DNA from: Macrostomum hystrix
Lineage: Eukaryota; Animalia; Platyhelminthes
NCBI GenBank assembly: GCA_950097015.1
Contig: CATNEN010000033.1
Coordinates: 2,294,001 to 2,358,000, forward strand
Length of the DNA: 64,000 nt
Reading direction: 5' to 3'
Shown here one piece after another: positions 23,179 through 35,715 of the stretch; position 1 is the first letter of the stretch; each line of letters begins with the position of its first letter. The notes under the pieces are model-generated. The model worked only from the letters and a program-made list of their open reading frames with translations. It did no database searches and was not told where the DNA came from. A program made the translations under genes and the position numbers.

Positions 23179-26171
23179 ATGGTTAATCCGACCGACAATG
23201 AAGCCACTGATTCCGCCACCGGCGCCTCCGCCGCCGATACCGTCCAGAAGCCAACTGAGAGCTCCGAAGATGTAGCCGCAGTCGCTCACGAAGCTGATGA
23301 AGCTGATCCCGATACGGACCAGCGCCAGGCCCTGCTCAACAATGACTCGGACGGTGGCCAGCACGATCGAGGCGACGAAATTGAGCTCAACGAAGTCGCT
23401 CGCGTGCCCGAAGTTCAAATCGCCGGCGGCGGAGCCAATGGCGATCTGGAAGCCGGTGGTGGCGGCGGTGACACGGATGCCAGCAAGAAGACGCCGCTCG
23501 TAATTGTGGTCGACGGTGGTGCCACCAAGTCGAAGCAGTCGGCGGCGAGCGACTCGGCAGCGCAGTTCGCCGGCCTGACCAAGGAGGAGCTGGAGAAGTT
23601 CGCCAAGGATCCGTTCTGGCGCCGGCTGCGCCTCATTCTGTTCGTGCTGTTCTGGATCGTCTGGCTGGCGATGTTCGCCGCCGTCATCATCATTATCGTG
23701 CTGTCGCCGAAGTGCCCGCCGAGGCAGACTCGCCAGTTTTGGCAGCGGCCGTTCTATAGGCTGGAGGTGAGGCTCGGGGAGTGATGGGTCAGTGTACATT
23801 GTGCTGGTGTGTGGTGGCTAAGTGTACATTGTGCTAGTGTGTGGTGGGTAAGTGTACATTGTGCTGAATTGTAGCGGAGGTATTTGTCATGCCTCGCGCG
23901 CAGGTGGTCTCCTTCGCCCCGGATCCGGCAGCCGCGCCGACGCCAAGCCGCGCCGGCAGCCTGGCTGGACTGGCCGACCGAGTGGACTACATCCGGCGCC
24001 TCGGCATCAACAACTTCCTGCTGGACAGTCTGGTGCGGCCGAGCCCGACCTCCGGCTGTCCGCTTGACTTCTCCACCATCGACGAATCCCTGGGCACCCT
24101 GGAGCAGCTGCGGGCCCTGACCAAGCGGGGCCGCAGGAAGGGCTTCCAGCTGATGATGGAGCTGGACGTCAGCCAGGCGGATCCGAGCTGGAAGCTGGCC
24201 GAGGCCGGCGCCGATCCGTTTGTGCGCGAGCGGATCAGCTTCGACCGCATGCTGAGCCGCGATGGCAAGCCGGCCTGGGCGGGCCAGCAGCTGCGGGTGC
24301 CCCGCTCTCAATGCGCCTCCCTAAACGTCTCCAGCGAGCGAGTTCGCCAAGCCCTGTTCAACGCGATGAGCGCGTGGCTGGACGCCGGCCTCTCCGGCTT
24401 CTCGCTCACCAACGCCGCCTTCCTGCTGCCCAAGAAGACTAACCAGGTGAGGTCACCCGCTGATACTGCAGCTTCCCCATCCTTGCCCACCTGTTCTACA
24501 TTTAACACGTCTGACACCACCCTCTCACCTGCCACACCTCTGACACCACCAGCACACCTCTTACTCCACCTACTCACCTGACACACCTCTGACACCACCA
24601 GCACACCTCTGACACCACCTACTCACCTGACACACCTCTGATACCACCAACACACCTCTGACACCACCTACTCACCTGACACACCTCTGACACCACCCAA
24701 CACACCTCTGACACCGCCCTCTCACCTGATACACCTCTGTTACTTCATTTCCCTCTGACCTTCCAGATACCCGACAGGACTCCGCCGGTGGGCTCCAACC
24801 GGACATTGGCCTGGTACACCAAGGACCCGCGTTCTTCTCTGAACTCGCCTGAGGCGGCCGACTTCACCCGGTCCGTCCGCGCCTTCCTCGACTCCGAAGC
24901 TGTGCGCCTCGGTCGGGAGCTCGCCCTGTTTGTCGACTTCGGCGACGTGGCCTACCCGATGCCCTACGTCAACATCTCCGGCAGGTTCGGCGCTCACGCC
25001 GTCATCCACACTGGCCTAGGCCAGCCCATTCTGCCCGCCACCGAACCCGAAGCCGGACTTCGAGCTGTTGTTGAAGCCGCCCTGACAGCCGCCAACACTC
25101 CGGGCGTCGGGAACTTCGCCTGGGCCAGCAACTGGCCTTACCTTCGGCGGGATGCTTCTCCAGCCCTGGCTGTGCTGGGGCTGACACTGCCTGGCCTTGG
25201 ACTGGTGTACTACGGACAGGTGCGTCACCTGTTAGACACATTCCTCACCTGTTAGACACATTCCTCACCTGTTAGAGACATTCCTCACCTGTTAGACAGA
25301 TTCCTCACCTGTTAGACAGATTCCTCACCTGTTAGACACATTCCTCACCTGTTAGACACATTCCTCACCTGTTAGACAGATTCCTCACCTGTTAGACAGA
25401 TTCCTCACCTGTTAGACAGATTCCTCACCTGTTAGACAGATTCCTCACCTGTTAGACAGATTCCTCACCTGTTAGACAGATTCCTCACATATTAGACAGA
25501 TTCCTCACCTGTTAGACACATTCCTCACCTGTTAGACACAGATTTCCCAACTTAGGCTTGGCACTGACTGTGGCACCCACCCGCAGGAGCTGGGCATGTC
25601 TCACGTGCCCGGCTACAGGCTTTCCCGGAACTACACCAGCTACCTGGAGGGCGCGGATAGCACCGACCAGGCCCGCAGCCCCATGCAATGGACTGGCGAC
25701 GCCTCTAACGCTGGCTGGCTGCCCGACTCCGGTGTCGGCCTCGCCTGGGCCGGTGACCTGTCCGTTCGGGCCGCCGACATCCTGTCTAGCAACCTGCGCC
25801 GCCTCGACTCCTCCGGCCATCCGCAATCGAATCTGCAGCTCACCGAACAGCTGGTTGCCATGGCAACCAGTCTCGAGTCGCTCCAGTGGGGCCAGACCGC
25901 CCTGATCCCCAACCTGCCCTCCGATCCCAACCTCATCGGCTTCACTCGCAAGGCGGTTCGCTTCCCAGCTGTTCTGGTGCTCATCAACTCCGCCGAGCGG
26001 GCCTTCACCGTGGACCCCACCGGTGCGGCCGTTGGCAACAGCGGCGTGCTGAAGCTGCTCCACAGCTGGGGCGGCGGCGCCAGCAGCAGCCACACAGTCG
26101 GAAAGCGGAGCAAATTCGGCCAGGTCTTTGTACCGCCGCGCACCGCTCTCGTCTTTGTGCTGGACGAATAA
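23179..26171 (+). CDS. SLC3 family amino-acid transporter heavy chain (4F2hc/rBAT-like), ~722 aa
   Basis: Exons 23179-23766, 23904-24446, 24767-25219, 25587-26171, all phase 0. Shows the SLC3 N-terminal motif GLTKEEL...DPFWRRLR, one TM, SPKCP, and a GH13-like ectodomain (YYGQELGM, RSPMQW). Confidence 0.9.
25226..25540. repeat. 20-bp minisatellite (CACCTGTTAGACAGATTCCT)n
   Basis: About 15 units in SLC3 intron 3. Confidence 0.92.
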
Positions 26172-26454
26172 GAAGTGAGGCGTGTTGCTAGGAGGTTGCT
26201 AGGAGAGGCCGCAGGGGAGAAGATTGGGGCTTTGTTTGGCTTTTAAAGCAGATTTTATGCTTCCCATTGCACTGCTAGGCAAAAGAAGAGAGAAAATGTT
26301 TGTCGGCACACTTTAATTAGACAGAACTGTGATTCGGTGCCGTTTGTTCTCATTAGATCCAATGAACTGCCATGTACAAGTACCTATGCTATGTACCAGT
26401 TTTTGTCAGAGTTATGTACACTGAACAGGAATTTTCACAGCCCGTACTGTAACG

Positions 26455-26775
26455 TGTACACAGTATGTACTGTATCATGTACACTGTATGTACTGCATAA
26501 TGTACACTGTATGTACTGCATAATGTACACTGTATGTACTGCATAATGTACACTGTATGTACTGCATAATGTACACTGTATGTACTGTATTGTGTACACT
26601 GTATGTACTGCATAATGTACACTGTATGTACTGCATAATGTACACTGTATGTACTGCATAATGTACACTGTATGTACTGCATAATGCACACTGTATGTAC
26701 TGCATAATGCACACTGTATGTACTGCATAATGTACACTGTATGTACTGTATTGTGTACACTGTATGTACTGTATT
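26455..26775. repeat. 23-bp minisatellite (AATGTACACTGTATGTACTGCAT)n
   Basis: About 13 units. Confidence 0.9.
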
Positions 26776-27611
26776 GTGCGCAACAGGATGTACTATATCG
26801 TGTGCACAGGATGTACTATATCGTGTTCATAGTATATCCCATGCTCAGTGTACCCAAAGCGCGGCTCCAATGCTAGACCTTATACTAAACTGCAGCACTG
26901 GGAAGCATTCAAAATCAAATTGCTTTTCTAGTTTTTCTCGTAGTCCTTGGCGAAAGGCGCGCACAGGGCGTCAACGGCGAGGTTTTGCTATTGGGTTTTT
27001 AGCAATAAGTAATGAATATGCATAATGAATAAGTTCTTTTTTTTCAAGCAACTTTTTTTTACTGATTGCAAGCGGAACCTGCAATATTACTACTTTAAGT
27101 AGCTTGTTCGCTTTTAACCCTCCTTTTATGCGCTATGGCTTTTCTGAGTCTCCTCAGCTGGGCAAGCTGACATTAAACTGAATCTGTGCAATAAGTCTGC
27201 GTTTTTTCGGGTTTTGGTTTTGGTTTTTTCTCTTTTATTCCCTGAACTATTTGTACACCGATTGTAATATCCAATGCCTCACTATTGCCAGCCGAACAAT
27301 CTCAGATAATTACTATTTATCAACTATTTACTAATGAAAGGCAACAAACTAACAATGCAACAATTCCTTTATTTAGTTTTCAAAATCCCATGCTAACAAA
27401 GATCTCTTTGCAATACAAATGACCCGCTAAGTTGATCGCCCCCGACTGCAGATGGTGGGAGAGGCCTGGCTTTACCTCTGTCCATCTTTGTGATGAAAAA
27501 AACTATTTCTATTTCGCTTTGAAATTTTTAATGCGAATCAAAGCTTTGTGCTTTTTGCGTTTTTTATTTATGCGATGAAAATTAGTCACTATGGCTGAGG
27601 AATGACACACA

Positions 27612-28322
27612 ATCTCAGCCACTCCAGTCTCAGCCACTCCAGTCTCACCCACTCCAATCTCACCCACTCCAATCTCACCTACTACAGTCTCACCCACTCC
27701 AGTCTCACCCACTCCAATCTCACCCACTCTAATCTCACCCACTCCAATCTCACCCACTCCAATCTCACCCACTCCAGTCTCACCCACTCCAGTCTCAGCC
27801 ACTCCAGTCTCACCCACTCCAGTCTCACCCACTCCAATCTCACCCACTCCAGTCTCACCCACTCCAATCTCACCCACTCCAGTCTCACCCACTCCAGTCT
27901 CAGCCACTCCAGTCTCACCCACTCCAATCTCACCCACTCCAATCTCACCCACTCCAATCTCACCCACTCCAGTCTCAGCCACTCCAGTCTCACCCACTCC
28001 AGTCTCACCCACTCCAGTCTCACCCACTCCAATCTCACCCACTCCAGTCTCAGCCACTCCAGTCTCAGCCACTCCAGTCTCAGCCACTCCAGTCTCACCC
28101 ACTCCAGTCTCAGCCACTCCAGTCTCAGCCACTCCAGTCTCAGCAACTCCAGTCTCACCCACTCCAGTCTCACCCACTCCAATCTCAGCAACTCCAGTCT
28201 CACCCACTCCAGTCTCACCCACTCCAATCTCACCTACTCCAGTCTCACCCACTCCAGTCTCACCTACTCCAGTCTCACCTACTCCAGTCTCACCCACTCC
28301 AGTCTCACCCACTTCAGTCTCG
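27612..28322. repeat. 15-bp minisatellite (CTCACCCACTCCAGT)n directly upstream of the WDR11 ATG
   Basis: About 47 units ending ~20 bp before 28344. Confidence 0.92.
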
Positions 28323-28343
28323 CCCACTCTGATTGCAGTTGCC

Positions 28344-31300
28344 ATGACAACAGCACTAGCAGCAGCGGCAGCAGAATCCGCAGCCCCGGCCGGGTCGGCC
28401 ATCGTCTCCCTGAGCAGCGGTCGTTACTCGCCACGCTACAAGGCGATCTCCGGTGCCGCGGCTTTCGACATCTCCTCGGCAGGGCCGCACAGTCCGCACC
28501 TTCAGCAACAGTTCGCCGGAGACTGGGGCTCCCAGGGCCTCCTGGCCGTGGCCAACGGACCGGCAGTGCTGATCCTCGAGCCCGAGACCGTCCAGGTGGT
28601 GCAGACTCTGCTGTCGGAGGCGTCAACAGGTCCAGTGACTCGGACACGGTGGGCGCCGCCGCCGCCGGGCCGTTGGTCGGCTAGGCTGGCCGTCGGGCAT
28701 GTCAACAGCCGGCTGGTAGTCTGGGACACCCTGGCCGGCAGGATTGCGGTCGAGATGCAGCTGCCCGCAGCCTCCGCCGCCGGCCGCCTCTGCCTGGTTG
28801 ACGTCGACTGGCCCAGCCCGGAGCTGCTGCTCGGCCTACTTCAACCGGATTTTGGCGCTTCGGCGTCAGCTTCGGGCTCGTCAGCAGCTGCGGCCGCCGC
28901 GGCTGCTGGCGGCGAGCTGGCGTTGTGGAACGCGGACACCGGGGCTCTGCTCTGGCGCAAATCCGTTGCCACAGGCAACGGCGGCTTGGACTCCGTCGCC
29001 AGCGGGGGCTGCCTGTGCCTGGACCCGTTTGACCGCAGCCACTGCCTGCTGTTCCTCAGGTCCGATCCGTCCAGCGCCCTGTTCTTCAGCGACATCAGCC
29101 CTGACAGGTCTGGAAGTCATTGCGATGAAAATCAACACGTCCCGTTCATGTATCTTATTTCACCTGTACTGGGATTTTATTATTTCACATATTATCCCAT
29201 TTCACAGATTATCCCATTTCACAGATTATCCCATTTCACAGATCATCCCATTCACAGATTATCCCATTCACAGATTATCCCATTCACAGATTATCCCGTT
29301 TCACAGATTTTATTCCATTTCACAGATTATCCCATTTCACAGATTATCCCATTCACAGATTATCCCATTTCACAAATTATTCCATTTCACAGATTATCCC
29401 ATTTCACAGATCATCCCATTCACAGATTATCCCATTCACAGATTATCCCGTTTCACAGATTTTATTCCATTTCACAGATTATCCCATTTCACAGATTATC
29501 CCATTCACAGATTATCCCATTTCACAAATTATCCCATTTCAAAGATTATCCCATTTCACAGATTATCCCATTTCACAGATTATCCCATTTCACAGATTAT
29601 CCCATTTCACAGATTATCCCATTTCACAGATTATCCCATTTCACAGATTATCCCATTCACAGATTATCCCATTTCACAGATTATCCTAATTTAACCTTTC
29701 ACCTGTCACCCGTCAACTCTCACAGAGAGCCCTCTGGTGACGGCAAGCGGCTGCCTTTGCACGGCTCGTCGCTGTCCTCGAGCTCCAGCTCAGGCATTCC
29801 TCGCTCGGTGTCGACCTACTCGGAGCGGGAGAGAAGCCAGGCCATCCGGCTCCTGCATATGACGGCCGGCCTCGTGTCACCCGGAGGAGGCGGCGGCGGC
29901 GGCGGCGGCGGGCACATGAGCCAGTCCCAAGTTGGAAAGGAAGGCAATAGTTTGGAGCAGTTGCAGCAGCAGCAACATCAGCAGCAGCCTTGCCTCCAAG
30001 TAATTGTTATTCACCGTTTTTTCTGTATTTTCATATTTTTTGTTTTAACAAAGTGAGCTTAATCTTGGCGCCTGGCCTCAGGTGACCTATCACAAGGCCC
30101 GGCGGAATCACGTGATCGCCGTCTATAGCCGCGAGATTGTCGTCATCGACCTGCTGATCAACCAGGCCGTGGCCGCCATCGCGCTGGAGCGCAGCGCCGC
30201 CGGCTTCCTCCGCGTGCACAGCTGCGCCCACCGCGACCTGCTGGCCTGCCTGCAGGAGAGCGGCGCCGTCACCCTGCGCCTGCGGCGTCCTGGCGGCGAC
30301 GAGTTTGACTGCGTAGCTCAGACTGACTCATTTAAGGTTCGGGCGACCTCTGCTGCCACGCCTACACCTTCACCCACACCTTTACTATCCATTGACCTAT
30401 TACTTCACCCACACCTTTACTATCCATTGACCTATTACTTCACCCACACCTTTACTATCCATTGACCTATTACTTCACCCACACTCATTCACCCATCCCT
30501 TGACCCGTCTTCCAATTTAAATTCCCGCCATCTAATCTCTTCATCTACGAGTATTCGTCGCCACTCTTTGCCAACCAGGTGACGCGCCACTGCGGCCTCG
30601 CTGATGTCTGCCTCGACCCCCTGCTGGAGACCCGCCTTGCTGTGGCCACGACTGACGGCCGCGTCGCCTTCTGGGAGCTGACCGCCCTGCCCGCACCCCG
30701 GCGGCAGCAGCAGCGGCAGCTCCAACCTGACGGTGACTCGCTGCAGGCTGACATCAGCGTTAGTCCGGCAGCCGCCAAGGAGCCGCCGTCGACTGTCGCA
30801 ACGCCGCGCGATGCCACCTTCAGGCGCGCTCTCTGGGGCTGCCTGGCGCCCGAGTCGGCGCTGCCCGGTGCTGCGCCCCCAGATGGAGGCACCGCCGAAC
30901 AGCCGGTCGCTGACTCGACTCTGCCGGCCCAGCTGAAGATGCTGATGACCGGACTCCACAGCGGCATTTGCCCGGCTCCCTGCGCCCTGTCGATGTGCCC
31001 GCCGCTGAAGACCCGCACCGTCCACACCTACCGGCCACTGCTGGCCGTGGGCAGCTCACGCGGCCTGGTGCAGATTGTTGACATTAACTACGGCCGGGTT
31101 GTCAAGGAGCTGTCGGTGCTGAATGTGCCGATTTGCGGGCTGCGCTGGTGCGGCCCGGCCTCCCTGGTGGCGCACGGCAGCGACCAGCCCAACTCAGCGG
31201 GTCAGGTCAGGCCAGCCCGCTTAACGTTTCTTCTTTTCAAACTTTTAACGCTTTCATTTTTATAAATGAGCCGTTGACGCTTTAGGCCCGAAACGAGGCC

Positions 31301-33909
31301 GCCTTCGTGGACCTCACCACAGGAGCTGTGCACTTCTTTCGTGACGGACGCGACCGCGAAAGTCCACTCGATCTGCTGGAGGTGTCGCCAGCAAGGTGAG
31401 ATTGAGTACCAATTCTGTTTTTTCGCATGATCATGCTCACCAATCCCATGACAATGCTGAGCAATCCCATGAACTTGCTCACGCCCACCCCAGGCAATAC
31501 TTGGCCCTCGGCTTTCGCGACAAGCCGGCTGAAATCTGGGACCTGCGCTCACTGGCCCTGATCGGCGAACTGCCCGCCCGCTTTCCCCGCCCGGTGGCGC
31601 TGGAGTGGGGTGGCTCCGCGTCTGCCGCCCAGCGGGCCACCGCCAGGAAGATCGGCGTCCGCTCTCACCTGGCCGACGACGCCACCCTGAGGCCCGACTT
31701 CTCGGCAGCCGGCTCCGCTTTCCCCACCGACTGCGCCCTGCCTGCGGGCCAATTCGCCAGGGAGAACTTTGTCCTGTTCGACCAGGAGGGCCACATGACT
31801 CTGGTGAGTGTGGAGGGCTCCATCATTCGCGAGGTGTCACGACTGCCGCCGGACACCGCTCTAGGCCGGGTGTCGGCCGTGGTTTGGAAGGCGGACATGA
31901 TGGTGATCGGCGACACAGACGGCGGCCTGGCTCTGTGGGACCTCAAGAGCAAGACCTCGCGCAGCATTTCCACTCAGCGGGGCTGCGTCAGGCGGCTCAA
32001 ATTCGCGCCGGGGTCCGGTGAGATGAGCTAGAGGGGAGAAGAGAGGTCAGAAGAAAGGGCAGAAGAGAGGGGAGAAGAAAGGGGAGAAGAGAGGGGAGAA
32101 GAGAGGGGAGAAGAGAGGGGAGACGAGAGGGAAGCAAGAGAGGAAAGGAGGGGAAAAGGCGAGAGAGCAGAGAGAGGGAGACAGAGGAGAAATGAGAAGA
32201 GAGATAAGAACAGAGGATAGAAGTGAAAGGAGAAGAGGAGAGAAAAGTGAAGACTTTAGAGCTTGGTGGACTGCAGATACAGTCTAATAAAAATTAAGGT
32301 ACTGACCAGAGGGCCAGATAATAATGATAATAAAATAGAATTAATCTAATTGCATTTTAAATCCCTCTGTAAACCCTCACTCTGTAGGCAACTACAAGTT
32401 CCTGGCGTTGTTCCCCAACGGCCTGGAGCTCTGGGACGCCCGGGACGCCGCCCCGAAGCTGACGGCTCTGGCTAGCCTGCGCTGCCCCAGGCAGCTTCCA
32501 GACCTGCTGGACGCTGATTGGGCCGCCTCCGACAAGCCGCTCCTGCTGACCGCCGATTGGCTGATCCGCATCACCGACATGTCCCTGAGGGCCTGCGTGT
32601 CCGCGGCTGACCCGGCCGCCTTCCAGCAACCTCCGCCCATCCCGGGCCTGTTCTCCGACAGGGCGGTCCGGCTGGCCAGGCAGCGGCTGCAGGCTGGCCG
32701 CAGTGTCGGCGCGGCTATTGATGATGAGGAGGAGGACGGGGAGAAGCAGGAGGCCGCCAGCGCGGAGGTTCAGGAGCTGCTGAGCAGGCTCGATGCGGAC
32801 TGGCTGGCCGAGGTCGCGGCTGCGGGTTTGAGCACGGTGGATCGCTGCCTGCTCACAGCGATGCTGTTCTGCGATGCATTCGAGGTGAAGCAACTCTGCT
32901 GCCTTTGTTGGTCTTCTCATCCTGCGCCAAAATTCGCAACAGTATTCCCATATTCCCAATCAATTTCACTGGAAAGTCCCAGTGTTTTCAGTCCAAATCC
33001 CAGATCCCATTTTGCCAGAGCTGTAATCCCCGAATCCCCGCACCGCAGGTTCGCTTCTGGCTGCTCTGCCGCCGCTACCTGCCCCCGGCCCCGGGCCCGG
33101 CTGATCCGTGCGCGGAGCTGGAGGCCGGCTGGGACTCGCTGAGTCCGCACTCAGTCTACCGCAGCTGGCAGGCTCGGAGGCTGGCCAGCTTGCTCAACAA
33201 GCGGAGGCGGCTCAGCCAGGGCCAGACCCAGCGCCTGGTGGAGTGTCTGGTGCTGTTCGGCAGGCTGGACAAAGCCGTGCAGCTGCTGCTTGAGTCTGAG
33301 CCCACCAGCCCCGCCTACCTGGCCGATTTGCACCTCGCCTGCCTGCTGGCCAATCAGCCAGCCTCCCCGAATGCTCAGAGCACCGTGAAACTCGTTGCCA
33401 CCAGCCTCATGGCCAACGGCCGCGTGTCCGAGGGCGCCCAGCTGCTGTGCCTCATCGACCGCAAGCTGGACGCCTGCCGCTACCTGGAGCAGCACGGCGA
33501 GCGAAGCACCGCCCTCTGGCTGGCCAAGTGCGGCCTGCGCGACCCGGCCGAGGCAGCGGAGATCATTCGCCGACACGCCGGCCACCTGGCTGCCACCGAT
33601 CCGTGCCAGGCCGCGCTGCTGCTCATCGCTCAGAGCGACTGGGCCGGCGCCTGCGACTGCCTCAGCCGCCGTCTGGGACTGGCCGGCCTGGCCTGCCGCC
33701 TGCTGGCCGCCTGCGTCGAGGCCGGAAGGCTGGCCCGCCGGCCGCAGGACATCGCCGAACCCGCCGACCGGGCCGCCTGGCGGGAGGCGCACTCGGCCTG
33801 GGCTAGGCAGCTGGCCCTGCTGGGCGACGAGCGCGGAGCCAGGAGGTGCGCGAAGCTCGCCGACCTGGCAGCCGAACCTGGCGGGGAGAAGGACAAGCCT
33901 ACCGACTGA
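28344..33909 (+). CDS. WDR11: WD repeat-containing protein 11 homolog, ~1303 aa
   Basis: Exons 28344-29107, 29726-29999, 30082-30336, 30579-31205, 31286-31395, 31494-32017, 32388-32884, 33049-33909 join in frame. Motifs match WDR11: DWGSQGLLA, LWNADTGALLWRK, DPFD, QYLALGFRDKPAEIWD, AVQLLLE, STVKLVATSLMANG, ACRYL. Confidence 0.92.
29185..29690. repeat. 16/17-bp minisatellite (TTATCCCATTTCACAGA)n
   Basis: Fills WDR11 intron 1. Confidence 0.92.
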
Positions 33910-33917
33910 GCACTGCG

Positions 33918-34145
33918 GAACTGGCTCTGATCCCCTCTGAGAACTGGCTCTGATCCCCTTTGTCAACAGGCTCTGATTCCCTCTGAGAACTGGCTCTGAT
34001 CCCCTCTGAGAACAGGCTCTGATCCCCTCTGAGAACTGGCTCTGATCCCCTCTGAGAACAGGCTCTGATTCCCTCTGAGAACTGGCTCTGATCTCCTTTG
34101 ACAACTGGCTCTGATCCCCTCGGATAACTGGCTCTGATCCCTATA
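33918..34145 (+). repeat. 23-bp minisatellite (CTCTGAGAACTGGCTCTGATCCC)n, array 1
   Basis: Starts just after the WDR11 stop; ~10 units. Confidence 0.9.
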
Positions 34146-34673
34146 AGAACTGGTTTTGAGAACTCCAGATCAGCACATGTCAGCCGTTGCCAAAATCACT
34201 AATAAAGTCATTCCGCAATGCTCTACTCTTTGCAACTTGACCTGTTCCGTCATTTATAATATACTTGTGTTGTGCGTCGCATGTTATGTTAGTGGCAAAG
34301 TTCCTATTAAACGTGATTGAATTTGTCAATAATTTTTTAATTCTGAATTAGTGCAGTTGCCCAAATTTTCTGTTGTTTATCGAGTCTTAAAGATTTTGCG
34401 ATTATCACATATAATTATCCAATAATATTTCAAGTTTGGTTCAGCCTTTTAAAGCAGAATTCCTTGTGGCTTCTTTATCTTATATTTCTATTTCAAATTT
34501 CGATTTCGTTTTTCTAAACGGCTGTGAGCTTTATCAGGAAAATTTAGCTGTTCATATTTACATTGGGTAGCTACATTGGGTAGCTATGGTAAGTGTTTGT
34601 CAGTCTACCAGTTTAAATGGGCCGCGCGCAATGCGAGCTGCAAAGGCACGGTTACAAGAATCTGATTGCAGAA

Positions 34674-35213
34674 ATGGACCCATTAACTTTGAATATGCTG
34701 CTCACCTTTGTTAGCCTGCCTGTTACTGGCGACAGCTGGGGCTACTGCGGCCCCGGCAGCTTGTGGGACCCCGGACAGCGACAGTGTCTGCTGTGCACCG
34801 AGTCAGACAAGGCCAGCATCGAGGAGTGCCGAGACAGCGCTGACCGCTCCAGCACTGGTGGAAGGTCGTGGACGCCGACTGCCGTGACAACTGGAACTGA
34901 GCCAACTAAGGCAGGGCAAGGCTTTCTAGCGATGAAAATTGCCTTACCTTCAGCAGCAATAGCAGCTCTTGTGATAGGAGTGGCGCTCTGGTTTGCACTC
35001 TTCCAGCGCACGTGTTGCATACCCAGCACGCAGCCTAGGACTGATTCTGCCAGCCAAATCACCATGGTCAGACAGCAGCCTCTACCAAATTCAGGCAGCC
35101 AAGGAGAGCATCGGGATGACGATCGGCAGCCGCTGAATCAACCTCTTAGGACTGATCAACCCCTCGTGACGAACCGGCCATTCACGGATGAAACTTACGC
35201 GAATCCTGACTGA
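34674..35213 (+). CDS. Receptor-like gene A: signal peptide, 4-Cys mini-CRD, S/T stalk, one TM, tail ending TYANPD (179 aa)
   Basis: Single ORF (an upstream in-frame ATG at 34617 is also possible). Contains CGPGSLWDPGQRQCLLC...EEC and TM IALPSAAIAALVIGVALWFALF. Confidence 0.75.
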   Translation: MDPLTLNMLLTFVSLPVTGDSWGYCGPGSLWDPGQRQCLLCTESDKASIEECRDSADRSSTGGRSWTPTAVTTGTEPTKAGQGFLAMKIALPSAAIAALVIGVALWFALFQRTCCIPSTQPRTDSASQITMVRQQPLPNSGSQGEHRDDDRQPLNQPLRTDQPLVTNRPFTDETYANPD

Positions 35214-35472
35214 TTGCTGACTGATTGCTGACTGATTGCTGACTGATTGCTGACTGATTGCTCACTGATTGCTCACTGATTGCTGACTGATTGCTCACTG
35301 ATTGCTCACTGATTGCTGACTGATTGCTGACTGATTGCTGACTGATTGCTGACGGATTGCTGACTGATTGCTGACTGATTGCTGACTGATTGCTGACGGA
35401 TTGCTGACTGATTGCTGACTGATTGCTGACTGATTGCTCACTGATTGCTCACTGATTGCTCACTGATTGCTC
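35206..35472. repeat. 11-bp repeat (GACTGATTGCT)n starting at the gene A stop codon
   Basis: About 24 units. Confidence 0.9.
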
Positions 35473-35715
35473 ACTCACAAAAAATGCAGCAGAAAAAATA
35501 TTTTTTTATGATTACGCAAAGATTACACGTGGCTTAAAATTTTCCACTTTTATTGATGCCATTGCTTTCAAAAGTGCGCTTAACAGCTCTTTAACGATAA
35601 AACTTGTTATCTTCAGGAAACAAGCTCAAATACTCGTACTTTTAGCCTGCGAAAACCCATTTACTCGTAGTAGCGATCCTGGTATTAACACTGCGTAGAT
35701 TTGATGTCTTTCCGG

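Noticed and set aside
33151-34104. Long antisense ORFs over WDR11, unc-79 and SLC3 exons
   Set aside because: These are shadow ORFs of GC3-rich coding sequence; the plus-strand frames carry the recognisable homology.
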